From Gemmatimonadota bacterium (lineage in GTDB: Bacteria; Gemmatimonadota; Gemmatimonadetes; Palauibacterales; Palauibacteraceae): a stretch of DNA of 64,000 nucleotides. The notes below the pieces were generated by a model. The model did no database searches, was not told where the DNA came from, and saw nothing but the letters and a program-made list of their open reading frames with translations. Below, piece after piece: positions 9,733 to 18,147 of this stretch. Positions within the stretch are counted from its first letter, which is position 1, and the number at the start of each line of letters is the position of its first letter. Position numbers and translations under genes: made by a program. Location of the stretch: contig OY762926.1 of assembly GCA_963666735.1 (NCBI GenBank), positions 416,001 through 480,000 on the forward strand, in the 5' to 3' direction.

Positions 9733-10577
9733 GGGCGCACCGGGCCGAGTTCCCGCTTCGGGCCATGTGCCGGGTGCTGGGTCTCTCCCCCAGCGGCTAC
9801 TACGACTGGTTGAGGCGTCCTCCCTCGGACCGCGCGCGTCGGGACGCGGAACTGGAGGCGCGGATCGCGAAGATATGGACCGGCAGCGGCGAGACGTACG
9901 GCCGTCCGCGGATCCACGCGGCGCTCAGGGCCGAGGGCGAGCGGGTGGGGCAGAAGCGCGTGGGGCGGCTGATGAGGGGGCTGGAGATCGAGGGCGCGAC
10001 CAGGCGGCGCTTCAAGACGGCGACGACGAAGAGGGATGCCGAGGCCCGCCCCGCGCCGGACCTGGTGGACCGTGACTTCTCGGCCTCGGGGCCCGACGAG
10101 CTGTGGGTGGCCGACATCACCTACGTCCCCACGTGGGCTGGCTGGCTGTATCTGGCCGTCGTGCTCGACGTCTGGAGCCGCCGCGTCGTCGGCTGGGCCA
10201 TGGCGACGCACATGCGGACCGAGCTCGTCGAGACCGCGCTGGCGATGGCTCTCGCAAGGCGTCGTCCCGAGGGTCGTGTCGTGCATCATTCCGACAGGGG
10301 CTCGCAGTACACCTCGCTCGCCTTCGGGGAGCGCTGCCGCGAGTCGGGCATCGCCCAGTCCATGGGCTCGGCGGGCGATGCGTACGACAACGCCATGTGC
10401 GAGAGCTTCTTCGCCACCCTCGAGTGCGAGCTGATCTGGAAGCGCTCGTTCCGCACGGCGGACGAGGCGCGACGGGAGGTCTTCGGCTTCATCGAGGGCT
10501 TCTACAACACCCGGCGGCTGCACTCGGCACTCGGCTACGAGTCGCCGGCCGACTACGAGAGCAACCATGCGGCCTGA
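9729..10577 (+). CDS. IS3 transposase OrfB (DDE integrase core); fused to OrfA by -1 frameshift
   Basis: WVADITYV, HHSDRGSQY, DNAMCESFFATLE motifs. Confidence 0.95.
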   Translation: MRAHRAEFPLRAMCRVLGLSPSGYYDWLRRPPSDRARRDAELEARIAKIWTGSGETYGRPRIHAALRAEGERVGQKRVGRLMRGLEIEGATRRRFKTATTKRDAEARPAPDLVDRDFSASGPDELWVADITYVPTWAGWLYLAVVLDVWSRRVVGWAMATHMRTELVETALAMALARRRPEGRVVHHSDRGSQYTSLAFGERCRESGIAQSMGSAGDAYDNAMCESFFATLECELIWKRSFRTADEARREVFGFIEGFYNTRRLHSALGYESPADYESNHAA

Positions 10578-11616
10578 GGCGCACCCGCGGCGCACACCGA
10601 CATCCTCTCCCGAGCGCCTGAGGGAGGCTGAAAGGAGAAGAACCGGAGGCGATCAACCACAGAAACTAACCGTCCGTGAAAGCGGGACAGCTCCAAGATC
10701 ATACGGGTTCCAGTACATTCTCGAGGGGTCGGTTGTTCGAGTACACGAGTGAGGTGCTGAAGCTCCGGTATGAGACGGACGTGTCTTCGCTCGCCAAGCT
10801 GCCTGCTCTTATTGTCGCGGAGGCTATGCCTGACGGGAAACCCGAGACACCCGCTTTCCTTGCACAGATTGGCGATGTCCACATTGGCGGTGACGATGTC
10901 CGGTTCCGGTTTCGACGGATCGAGACGGAGCAGTTCAGTTCTGAGGAGATATTTGAATCACGACGGTTCGACACAGGACGCTGGGAGCACTCACGGACGC
11001 ACTGGGCGGTCAAGGAAGGCGATGTGCTTGAGGGGCTCTTCCTTTTTTTCGCTGATCGCGCGAGCGCGCAAGAAGCGCTGTTCCCGAGTATTGCAAAACC
11101 ACGATTTGTTCGCCTCGACGATTGGCCTGCACCGGTCTTGGGACACGTCGCCGTCATGATGCCGTTCGATCGTGAGTATGACGTCGTCTATGACCGGATT
11201 CGGAAGGCTTGCGACATCCACAAACTTGACGCCGTACGAGTTGACGACATCTATGGGCCCAGTAGCATCATCGACGATGTTTTCAAACTCATTGTGCAAA
11301 GCAGATTTGTGATCAGTGATCTGACTAACAAGAACCCAAATGTCTTATACGAAACTGGTATCGCCCACGCACGCAACAGCGAAGTCATAATGATCGTGCA
11401 GAGTGATGCGGATATACCGTTTGATCTCCGGCATATTAGGTATATCAAATATCTCCCCAATGATGAAGGATATAGTCAACTCGAAACGGATCTGGTGAAA
11501 GCGATCGCTGCGATTGTTGAATGATTGCAGTGGAGGCATCGCAGAACCGGAGGTGGCGCGGGGATACTGTGGCGGTCGAGGAGGACCGGAAGACGAGGCG
11601 GTCGTTGTGGGTGGAG

Positions 11617-13134
11617 TTACGATATGGATGGCGAGGGTTGAGTCGTGCCGCCAGGCATGCGCAGCCGCTTGCCCTCGCTTTCGGCCTCGTCGGGATCCAG
11701 GAAGGCATGGCACGCTTCCAGCTCCCGTTCCGTCTCTCGAAGCGAGGTCCAGGCGACGGCAAGGGTCCACCGCTGGGCGTAGCTGAGCATGTCGATCAAA
11801 GGCTGGGGCCGGCGGTCGGTTCGGGACAGCGCAGGGAGTGCGGCGAGGTAGTTGTTTCGGTACGCGGTCGGGATGATGATTCGCTCCTCACCGGCTGCCA
11901 CGAGCTCCGCATTCATCATCACGCGCGCGACGCGTCCGTTTCCGTCCGCGAAGGGATGCACCTCGGCCACGAGGAACATCATGTAGACCGCCCGGGCAAG
12001 AGGCGACTCGAGGCTGCGATACAGAGAGAAGCCTCGCTCCAGCGTCCCTGATACCAGATCGGGGAGGACGAAGTGGGTGCCGCCGGCCTTGTTCGCAGCG
12101 TCCTTGAACTCGCCGGGGCGCATTTCGGGACGCCCTGCCATGATACGCCGGTGGCGGCTTCGCAGGAGACTCGTAAGCTCCGCTGGATCCCTCGGTGTGC
12201 GCGTCATCTCCTGTGGATCGGAGACCAAACGCCACGTTCCGATCACATCGCGAGCATCTGCGGGTCTGCGCTGTGGAATCTCGCCGTCGAAAACGATTCG
12301 CACGGCCTCGTCGACCAGGAACTCGGTGCCCTCGACGAAGTTCGAGAAGTATGCCTCGAAGAACGCCAGCGTGGCGCGGCCCTGCCCATCCCGGTGCGGT
12401 GCGGATCGTACGGTCGGAGGATGGTCGCGGAGCGCCCGATGCAGCTTGTGAAACAATTCCATGCGGTCGGGATCGTAGGCGTTCGCCCGGCTGCGGGCCC
12501 GCGCAAGCGGTGAATCGAGTTCACTGCGGCGGGTGCCGAGGAGAGTGCCGATGAGAGCGTCGAGGCGGGCCGCCTCCGTCTCCAGACCGAGTTCGGCGGC
12601 CACGGCGCGGGCCTCGTCCCGCAGCTGCTTGACGGCCGGTTCGCCGGAGTGACGGATAAGGCGATCGAGTGCTTCCTCAATCTGAGCCTGGGGGAGCGTG
12701 CGTGGCACCCGGCCGCCCCGGGTCCGAGACGGGCGCAGGTTCTGCAGGTAGGCCCGGGTCCTCGAGCTGAGGTATAGTCCTTCGGCGAAGGGCATATCGG
12801 ATGTGATCGGTCCGGAACCGCGTCTCGGACGGAGTACGATGCCCGGCAACTCGATGGTCCTGCCGCGCTCGCTGACGAGGCATACGGAGCCATCGGACGC
12901 GGGGGCCGCCTCGAAGGCCGTGCGGTCGGCGACCAGGGCACCTGGAAAATACCCGGCGACGATCATCCACAGGTTGCGTTTCACGATCTCCCTGGGCGCA
13001 TCCTCCAGGTTCTTCGTGTAGAGGCGGGACGCGAGCTTGCGCAGCGTCCCGGCCTTCACGGCCCGCGACACTTCACCGCTGATCGCCGTATGCGACACGA
13101 AGGCTTCGGGCAGTTCGTCCAGCGTGCGGTTCAT
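11617..13134 (-). CDS. Fic family protein
   Basis: HPFADGNGRVAR Fic motif; AFFEAYFSNFVEGTEF. Confidence 0.92.
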   Translation of the reverse strand: MNRTLDELPEAFVSHTAISGEVSRAVKAGTLRKLASRLYTKNLEDAPREIVKRNLWMIVAGYFPGALVADRTAFEAAPASDGSVCLVSERGRTIELPGIVLRPRRGSGPITSDMPFAEGLYLSSRTRAYLQNLRPSRTRGGRVPRTLPQAQIEEALDRLIRHSGEPAVKQLRDEARAVAAELGLETEAARLDALIGTLLGTRRSELDSPLARARSRANAYDPDRMELFHKLHRALRDHPPTVRSAPHRDGQGRATLAFFEAYFSNFVEGTEFLVDEAVRIVFDGEIPQRRPADARDVIGTWRLVSDPQEMTRTPRDPAELTSLLRSRHRRIMAGRPEMRPGEFKDAANKAGGTHFVLPDLVSGTLERGFSLYRSLESPLARAVYMMFLVAEVHPFADGNGRVARVMMNAELVAAGEERIIIPTAYRNNYLAALPALSRTDRRPQPLIDMLSYAQRWTLAVAWTSLRETERELEACHAFLDPDEAESEGKRLRMPGGTTQPSPSIS

Positions 13135-13178
13135 CGAATTTTTCCGAGGATAACGATAAGAGAATCGCGCAAAACGCA

Positions 13179-13217
13179 AATTATCTTAACATAAGGAGCC
13201 CGAAATGCGAAAAAAGT
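13179..13217. repeat. 39-bp AT-rich direct repeat, copy 1 (dif-like and/or promoter of the Fic gene)
   Basis: AATTATCTTAACATAAGGAGCCCGAAATGCGAAAAAAGT; 35/39 identical to 15444-15482. Confidence 0.8.
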
Positions 13218-13361
13218 GCACTTATCGTTTTCCGGGAAGCTGATCCTGCGTCGCCCCTCGACCGAACACCGCACCCGAGCGAGCCCGGCCGGCGACGGTT
13301 TCACACGCCGGGAAGCGTTTCGTAGGCTGCGGGCAATCGACAACTCAACCGTCTGGCTTCC

Positions 13362-15383
13362 ATGGCCCTGAATCCCGTCGCCTACATCGAGAAGGTTGCG
13401 AAGAGTTTCCTCCGCTACCAGCTCACGGCCTACCCCTTCTCCGACCCTCACCTCCTGGAGCAGATGCGGGAACTGCTGTCGCTGGACCACACCCGTGCCT
13501 CCCCGCTTCTCAGGGAGACCTCTGTCGGCGCGTCATCGTCGCTTGCGGGTGAGACGCTTCAAGCCATGGCGGTGTGCGATGTCGACCTAAGCCACACATC
13601 CCATATCTCCGACGACGAGGAACTGCACTTCCAGCTGGGTGTTGCGGTGTACGGCCTCGAACTCGGACAGCACAGTGGCGGGCGGGCGTACGGCTGGGGG
13701 GAGAGGTCGCTCCTCATGCGGCGAGGCGTACGCATGCGCCTCGTCAACGTCGGTGCTTCGGAGCCGATCAGGGCAAGAGACAGCTTCGGCTATCCCGTCT
13801 GTACGATCTGCGGCCAGAGCGTGTCGCCGCTGTCATCTCAACGGCAACGTCAGAGCTTCCGCGAATCGCACCGTGATCGTTGCGGACGTGAGCCGAGGCG
13901 GGTCGGGTTCTACGCCGATATCGCGGCCGACGCGTTGTCGCTGCGCGAGTGCGTCAATGCTACCCAGGCCTACAGCGTTCTCGAGGCGTTGCGGATCGGC
14001 GCGACCCGTATCCTCGACATGCACATGGAGGATCTGCAGATCCTCGTCATTGGCGAGATCGGACGCGACGAGGTGTTGGGTCTCCTATGGGATCCGATGC
14101 CCGGAGGGTCCGGGCTGCTCGACCGCCTGTGCGAGCGCTTCGCGGAGATCGTAGCTGTCGCCCGCGAGGTCGTAGAGGGGTGCCCGAGCGTCTGCGGGTC
14201 GTCGTGTATCGATTGTCTGCAGACCTTCCGCAACGCGTACTACCACTCCAGCCTGGATCGGAGGGCCGCTCTGGACGCGCTCGGGGAGTGGGGAGAGCAA
14301 CTCGCGTTCCGGCACGATGTCCCGCCGCGGCAACCTGCATCCACGCCCGCCGATGATGCGGTGCCCGTCAATCTGGCCGAGAGGAAGCTGCGCCATCTCC
14401 TCCTCCGGGCGGGATTCGGGGAGGGCACGCGCGGAGAACAGATCCGGCTCGACAGCGCCCTTGGCACGACTACGCCCGACGTCATCTACCGCGACGATGA
14501 TGACGATTTCTGCAAGGGCGTATGCATCTACCTCGACGGAATGAGCGCGCATCTGCACGGCAGCCCCGAGACCGCCGCGAGGGATCGGGAAATTCGCCAC
14601 TGGCTACGGGGCAGCGGCTACGAAGTCCTGGAGATTCCAGCCAACGAACTCGACGACGAGGGCGCCATGACGGGCCATTTCCGTCGCCTCGCGAACTATC
14701 TGGGCCAACCCAATCGCGGGCGAGATCTTTCCGACGACCGGAGTTGGTTCGCGGATCCCGATCCAGCGGGGAAAACAGACGATCCAGCGGACAGCCCGCG
14801 CTTGCGCCTGGTTACCCCCACTCCCGAGAGTCGCTACCAAACATGCGTCCCGCTGGTGCCGCTGCGGGCGGCGGCGGGAGCCTTCGGCGATCCGAACGAG
14901 ACACTTGACGAGTGGGACCGGGACTGGGTAGCCGCCGACACGGTTCGTCGGCTCCGGGACGGAATGTTCGTGGCTCGCGTGACCGGCCGCTCGATGGAGC
15001 CGCGTATTCCCGATGGTTCGTATTGCCTCTTCGCAAGTCCTGTAACCGGCTCGCGCCAAGGGCGCACGGTGCTGGTGATCATGCGGGACGATGTGGACCC
15101 GGAGACGGGCGCCCGGTTCACCATGAAGCGATACCGAAGCAAGAAGATGGAAGATGAGCATGGCTGGCGACACGCCAAGATCAGCCTGGAGCCAACCAAC
15201 CCGGATTTCGACCCCATCATCCTCAGAGTGGATGACGAGGCGGCGGTGGGTGTCGTGGCGGAACTCGTTGAAGTCCTCGGTCGCGACCCCCCCGAGCCGC
15301 GATTGGGTACGGCCCCGGAGCTGATCCGACGGATGGGGGATGACTTCGACGAGCCGCTCCCGGATTTCTCGGAGCATCAGTGA
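13362..15383 (+). CDS. DUF1998 (MrfA/DrmB-like Zn-binding) + DUF559/Vsr-like nuclease + S24 peptidase protein; helicase core absent
   Basis: LWDPMPGGSGLL...CPSVCGSSCIDCL (DUF1998); TTPDVIY...IYLDG...H...RDREIRHWL (nuclease); VTGRSMEP...TMKRY (S24 Ser/Lys); no Walker A or DEAH. Confidence 0.75.
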   Translation: MALNPVAYIEKVAKSFLRYQLTAYPFSDPHLLEQMRELLSLDHTRASPLLRETSVGASSSLAGETLQAMAVCDVDLSHTSHISDDEELHFQLGVAVYGLELGQHSGGRAYGWGERSLLMRRGVRMRLVNVGASEPIRARDSFGYPVCTICGQSVSPLSSQRQRQSFRESHRDRCGREPRRVGFYADIAADALSLRECVNATQAYSVLEALRIGATRILDMHMEDLQILVIGEIGRDEVLGLLWDPMPGGSGLLDRLCERFAEIVAVAREVVEGCPSVCGSSCIDCLQTFRNAYYHSSLDRRAALDALGEWGEQLAFRHDVPPRQPASTPADDAVPVNLAERKLRHLLLRAGFGEGTRGEQIRLDSALGTTTPDVIYRDDDDDFCKGVCIYLDGMSAHLHGSPETAARDREIRHWLRGSGYEVLEIPANELDDEGAMTGHFRRLANYLGQPNRGRDLSDDRSWFADPDPAGKTDDPADSPRLRLVTPTPESRYQTCVPLVPLRAAAGAFGDPNETLDEWDRDWVAADTVRRLRDGMFVARVTGRSMEPRIPDGSYCLFASPVTGSRQGRTVLVIMRDDVDPETGARFTMKRYRSKKMEDEHGWRHAKISLEPTNPDFDPIILRVDDEAAVGVVAELVEVLGRDPPEPRLGTAPELIRRMGDDFDEPLPDFSEHQ

Positions 15384-15443
15384 GCGAACATCAAGAACCG
15401 AGATTATTCGAACGGTAAGGGTTCCGCAGGACTCGAAAATGAG

Positions 15444-15482
15444 AATTATCTCAACATAAGAAGCCCTAAACGCGAAAAAAGT
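15444..15482. repeat. 39-bp AT-rich direct repeat, copy 2
   Basis: AATTATCTCAACATAAGAAGCCCTAAACGCGAAAAAAGT. Confidence 0.8.
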
Positions 15483-15531
15483 AGCTTTAGCCTGTGGCGT
15501 GACGTCAACTCCGGATTGGAATCAGGGGCTT

Positions 15532-16140
15532 CTACCCGCCGTCCATGACTTGGGCCCACTGGCCGGGGATGCTGTTCCACTTCTCGGGCGCCGTAGCCTT
15601 GACGATCGGGGAGGGGTGAGGGGATTCCACCAGACGCAGATCCCCTGCTTGGTCCGCCACCTTCGCCTTCGCCTTGGCGGCATTCCGGCCGACGAACACG
15701 ACTGAGTCGAGCCGCGGCAAGAGTCGGATAAGCTGTGCGACGCGCTCGATCCCCGCGTTGAGTTCCATATTGGTAACCTTCAGGGTGCCGTTCCACCACG
15801 GGATCACATTCCAGAGTACGGCCTCGTAACGCGGCACCCCCGCGTCGCGCATGAACCGGAAGGTCGCCTCCGCCGTGGGGTCGTTGTTGTCCCGGCTAAT
15901 GAAGCCGGATCCGCCTTCGTCGGGGCTCGTCTTGGGTCCGGGCTTCTCGAACAGGAAGAGAACCCGTGCGGCAGTGCCTCCGTCCAACGGGTCGAAGCAG
16001 GGGACAAACGTCGCCGGCTTCTCGGCCCGCAACTCCCTTGTGAAGTCGGTCAGCGGCCGAACGTGCGGCAGGTCGAGAAGGCCTTGCCGGCGCTTACACT
16101 CCTCGGGGTTGCCGAGCGTCCGCGGCGTCGTCGGGTGCAA
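15532..16140 (-). CDS. Uracil-DNA glycosylase-like family protein
   Basis: LFLFEKPG, GFISRDNNDPTA, WNVIPW, VFVGRNA, HPSP motifs. Confidence 0.82.
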   Translation of the reverse strand: MHPTTPRTLGNPEECKRRQGLLDLPHVRPLTDFTRELRAEKPATFVPCFDPLDGGTAARVLFLFEKPGPKTSPDEGGSGFISRDNNDPTAEATFRFMRDAGVPRYEAVLWNVIPWWNGTLKVTNMELNAGIERVAQLIRLLPRLDSVVFVGRNAAKAKAKVADQAGDLRLVESPHPSPIVKATAPEKWNSIPGQWAQVMDGG

Positions 16141-16158
16141 GCTCGCCTGTCCGATCGT

Positions 16159-17463
16159 TCAGGCGGGAATGCCGTGCTTCACCGCGTGGGTCATCGCGTC
16201 CACGAAGCGGTCCAGTTCCTCGATCGTCGTGTAGGTGGATGGGGAGATGCGAAGCCCCGTGAACTCGGCGTGGTTGATGCCGACCGTGAAGATCCGGTGC
16301 TTGTTCCACAGCCAGTTGCGGAGCGCGCTCGTGTCGATGCCCTCGACCTGGACGTTCGCGATCCCGCACGCGAAGCCCGGCTTGAGGCTCGTGTTGAGCC
16401 GCACGCGGTCGTACTCCAGGAGCTGGTCCGCCCAGTAGTTCCGGAGGTGGACGAGGCGGGCTTCCTTGCGCTCGCCGCCGACCAGCTGGTGGAAGGTGAG
16501 CGCCTCGCCGATGGCGAGGAAGTTGGCCTCGGGGTGCGTGCCGATCGCCTCGAACTTCCGGATGTCGTCGTCGCTGCTCTCGGCGGCGGCCTGCAGCGGC
16601 CAGACCTCCGGGATCTTCTCCCGCCTCACGTAGAGGAGGCCCGTACCGACTGGGGCGTGAAGCCACTTGTGCAGGCTCACCGCGTAGTTGTCACAGTTGA
16701 GATCGGAGAAGGTAAAGTCATGGTGCGCCATGGAATGTGCGCCATCGACGATGACCGGGATGTCGTAGCCGCGCGCCATCTCCACGACTTCGCGCACGGG
16801 GAGGATCTGCCCTGTGATGTTGATCATGTGGCACATGAGGATGAGCCGCGTGCGGTCGGTGATCTGCTCCTCGAACAGGCGCACGATCTCGGCCGGATCC
16901 TCGGCGGGAATCGGGATCTTGAACTGCTTGAGGACGATCCCCTCGCGCCGCTCGCGCTGCTTGAAGGTCGTGATCATGCGCCCGTAATCCTGCGTCGTCG
17001 TCACCACTTCGTCGCCGCGCTCGAGGTCGTATCCGTTCTGGAGGATCTGGAGACCCTCCGACGCGTTGCGCGTGATCGCGACCTCCTCCGGGTCCACGTC
17101 CCACTGGCGGGCGAGCCGGGCGCGGACGCCCTCCCGCTGCGGCTCCAGGATCTGCCACCCGTTGTAGACCGGGATCTGGTTCGCGAAGTCGAGATCCCGC
17201 TTCATTGCCTCGAGCACGTGGGCGGGCGTCGGGCTCACGCCCCCGTTGTTGAGGTTGACGAGGGAACGGTCGGTGGTGAACGCCTTCTGTATCTCGAGCC
17301 AGAATTCCTCGTCGCGCGCGATCTCCCCGGGGGAGCCGGGGGTGCGGGACAAGTCACGGGCCGCCGCCATGGCGGTGTTCCACTTCGTGGGCACGGCGGT
17401 CATGACTCCGGCTGCTGCGGCGGAGCCCCCGAGGCGGGCGAGGAATCGTCGTCGGGTGGGCAT
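16159..17463 (-). CDS. Tat-exported class V PLP aminotransferase (isopenicillin N epimerase-like)
   Basis: TRRRFL twin-arginine signal; LNNGGVSP, VDGAHS, SLHKWL (PLP Lys). Confidence 0.88.
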   Translation of the reverse strand: MPTRRRFLARLGGSAAAAGVMTAVPTKWNTAMAAARDLSRTPGSPGEIARDEEFWLEIQKAFTTDRSLVNLNNGGVSPTPAHVLEAMKRDLDFANQIPVYNGWQILEPQREGVRARLARQWDVDPEEVAITRNASEGLQILQNGYDLERGDEVVTTTQDYGRMITTFKQRERREGIVLKQFKIPIPAEDPAEIVRLFEEQITDRTRLILMCHMINITGQILPVREVVEMARGYDIPVIVDGAHSMAHHDFTFSDLNCDNYAVSLHKWLHAPVGTGLLYVRREKIPEVWPLQAAAESSDDDIRKFEAIGTHPEANFLAIGEALTFHQLVGGERKEARLVHLRNYWADQLLEYDRVRLNTSLKPGFACGIANVQVEGIDTSALRNWLWNKHRIFTVGINHAEFTGLRISPSTYTTIEELDRFVDAMTHAVKHGIPA

Positions 17464-17565
17464 GCGGCCTCCTGGCTGGTTCGATACCGGTCCGTCTACT
17501 GCCAAATAGACCGTTTTCGAAGCCGCGAGCAAGTCTGGCGCCCGCTGCCTCCTGGGTGCGACAGG

Positions 17566-18147
17566 TCAGCCCGTTGCCGTGATCATGGCCAGGATCGGTT
17601 CGATCGCGGCCTCCGCCAGTTCCTCGAGTTCGCGGGCCGTGCGGTTCTGGATCGGGTGCGGGATCCAGACGATGGCGGGCTCGAAGCCGAGCGAGCGCGA
17701 CTGGCTGCGCGCGGCCTGCTCGAACTCGGTCGTGACGACGAAGCAGCCGGGGATCCCACGTTCATCGAGGTCTCTGAGGTCGTGCAGACCGCACGACGTG
17801 CAGGACCCTCAATCGGCTAATGCCTGCACCACCACGTCGGCTTCCGTGGCGATCCTCTGCAGCAACTCGGTCGGCGCCCGCCGCGCGTTGGTCGGCTTGT
17901 CGGTGCGGATCGTCTCGACGCCGAGCGCGTCCAGGCGCGTCTTCACGTGGTCGAGGAACTCGTCGCTGCGCAGCTTGCCAATCCCCTGCAGCGCCACCAC
18001 TCGACCCTCCAGCGACGGGGGCGGCGCACGCCGCGGACGCATCTCCGGGGCGAGTTCGGAGGTGGGATCGTGAAGGATCGTCGTTGGGGTGGCGGGGGTC
18101 GCCGGAGTCGCGGGGGCCGCCGGAGTCGCCGGGGTCGGAGCCGTCAT
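17566..18147 (-). CDS. UGSC-family selenoprotein (Sec at UGA 17809-17811), 193 aa
   Basis: Frame continues ...QALAD-UGA-GSCTSCGLHDLRDLDERGIPG...HPIQNRT... to a stop at 17566; SECIS hairpin immediately downstream of the UGA. Confidence 0.88.
17779..17797 (-). promoter_or_regulatory. Bacterial SECIS element
   Basis: GUCGUGC-GGUCU-GCACGAC hairpin starting 11 nt after the UGA; apical region resembles the E. coli fdhF SECIS (GCAGGUCUGC). Confidence 0.82.

Larger units (their letters stand above)
9360..10695 (+). mobile_element. IS3-family insertion sequence, complete
   Basis: TG...CA ends; 24-bp inverted repeats TGGAGTTGCCCCGCTTTGACGGAC and GTCCGTGAAAGCGGGACAGCTCCA (3 mismatches); AGA target duplication at 9357-9359 and 10696-10698. 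Confidence 0.95.
8926..11524 (+). pseudogene. Putative defence gene (AbiJ-NTD-like N-terminus, nucleoside 2-deoxyribosyltransferase/TIR-like C-terminus) interrupted by IS3
   Basis: Fragments 8926-9359 and 10699-11524 rejoin in frame (VFRD|HTGSS) to give 419 aa; C-terminus VMMPF...VISDLTNKNPNVLYETGIAHA...IPFDLRH; visibly lower GC than flanks. Confidence 0.75.

Noticed and set aside
9399..10595. 398-aa antisense ORF over the IS3
   Set aside because: Typical antisense shadow of an IS3 transposase.
6691..15383. Calling this a functional DISARM or BREX system
   Set aside because: No helicase ATPase or methyltransferase catalytic motifs are present, and there are no drmC, pglZ or brxC genes; only remnants are supportable.
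16159..17463. Selenocysteine lyase / cysteine desulfurase next to the selenoprotein
   Set aside because: It lacks the NifS/SufS catalytic Cys loop (SACS or RxGHHCA) and has a Tat signal; better assigned as epimerase-like class V.
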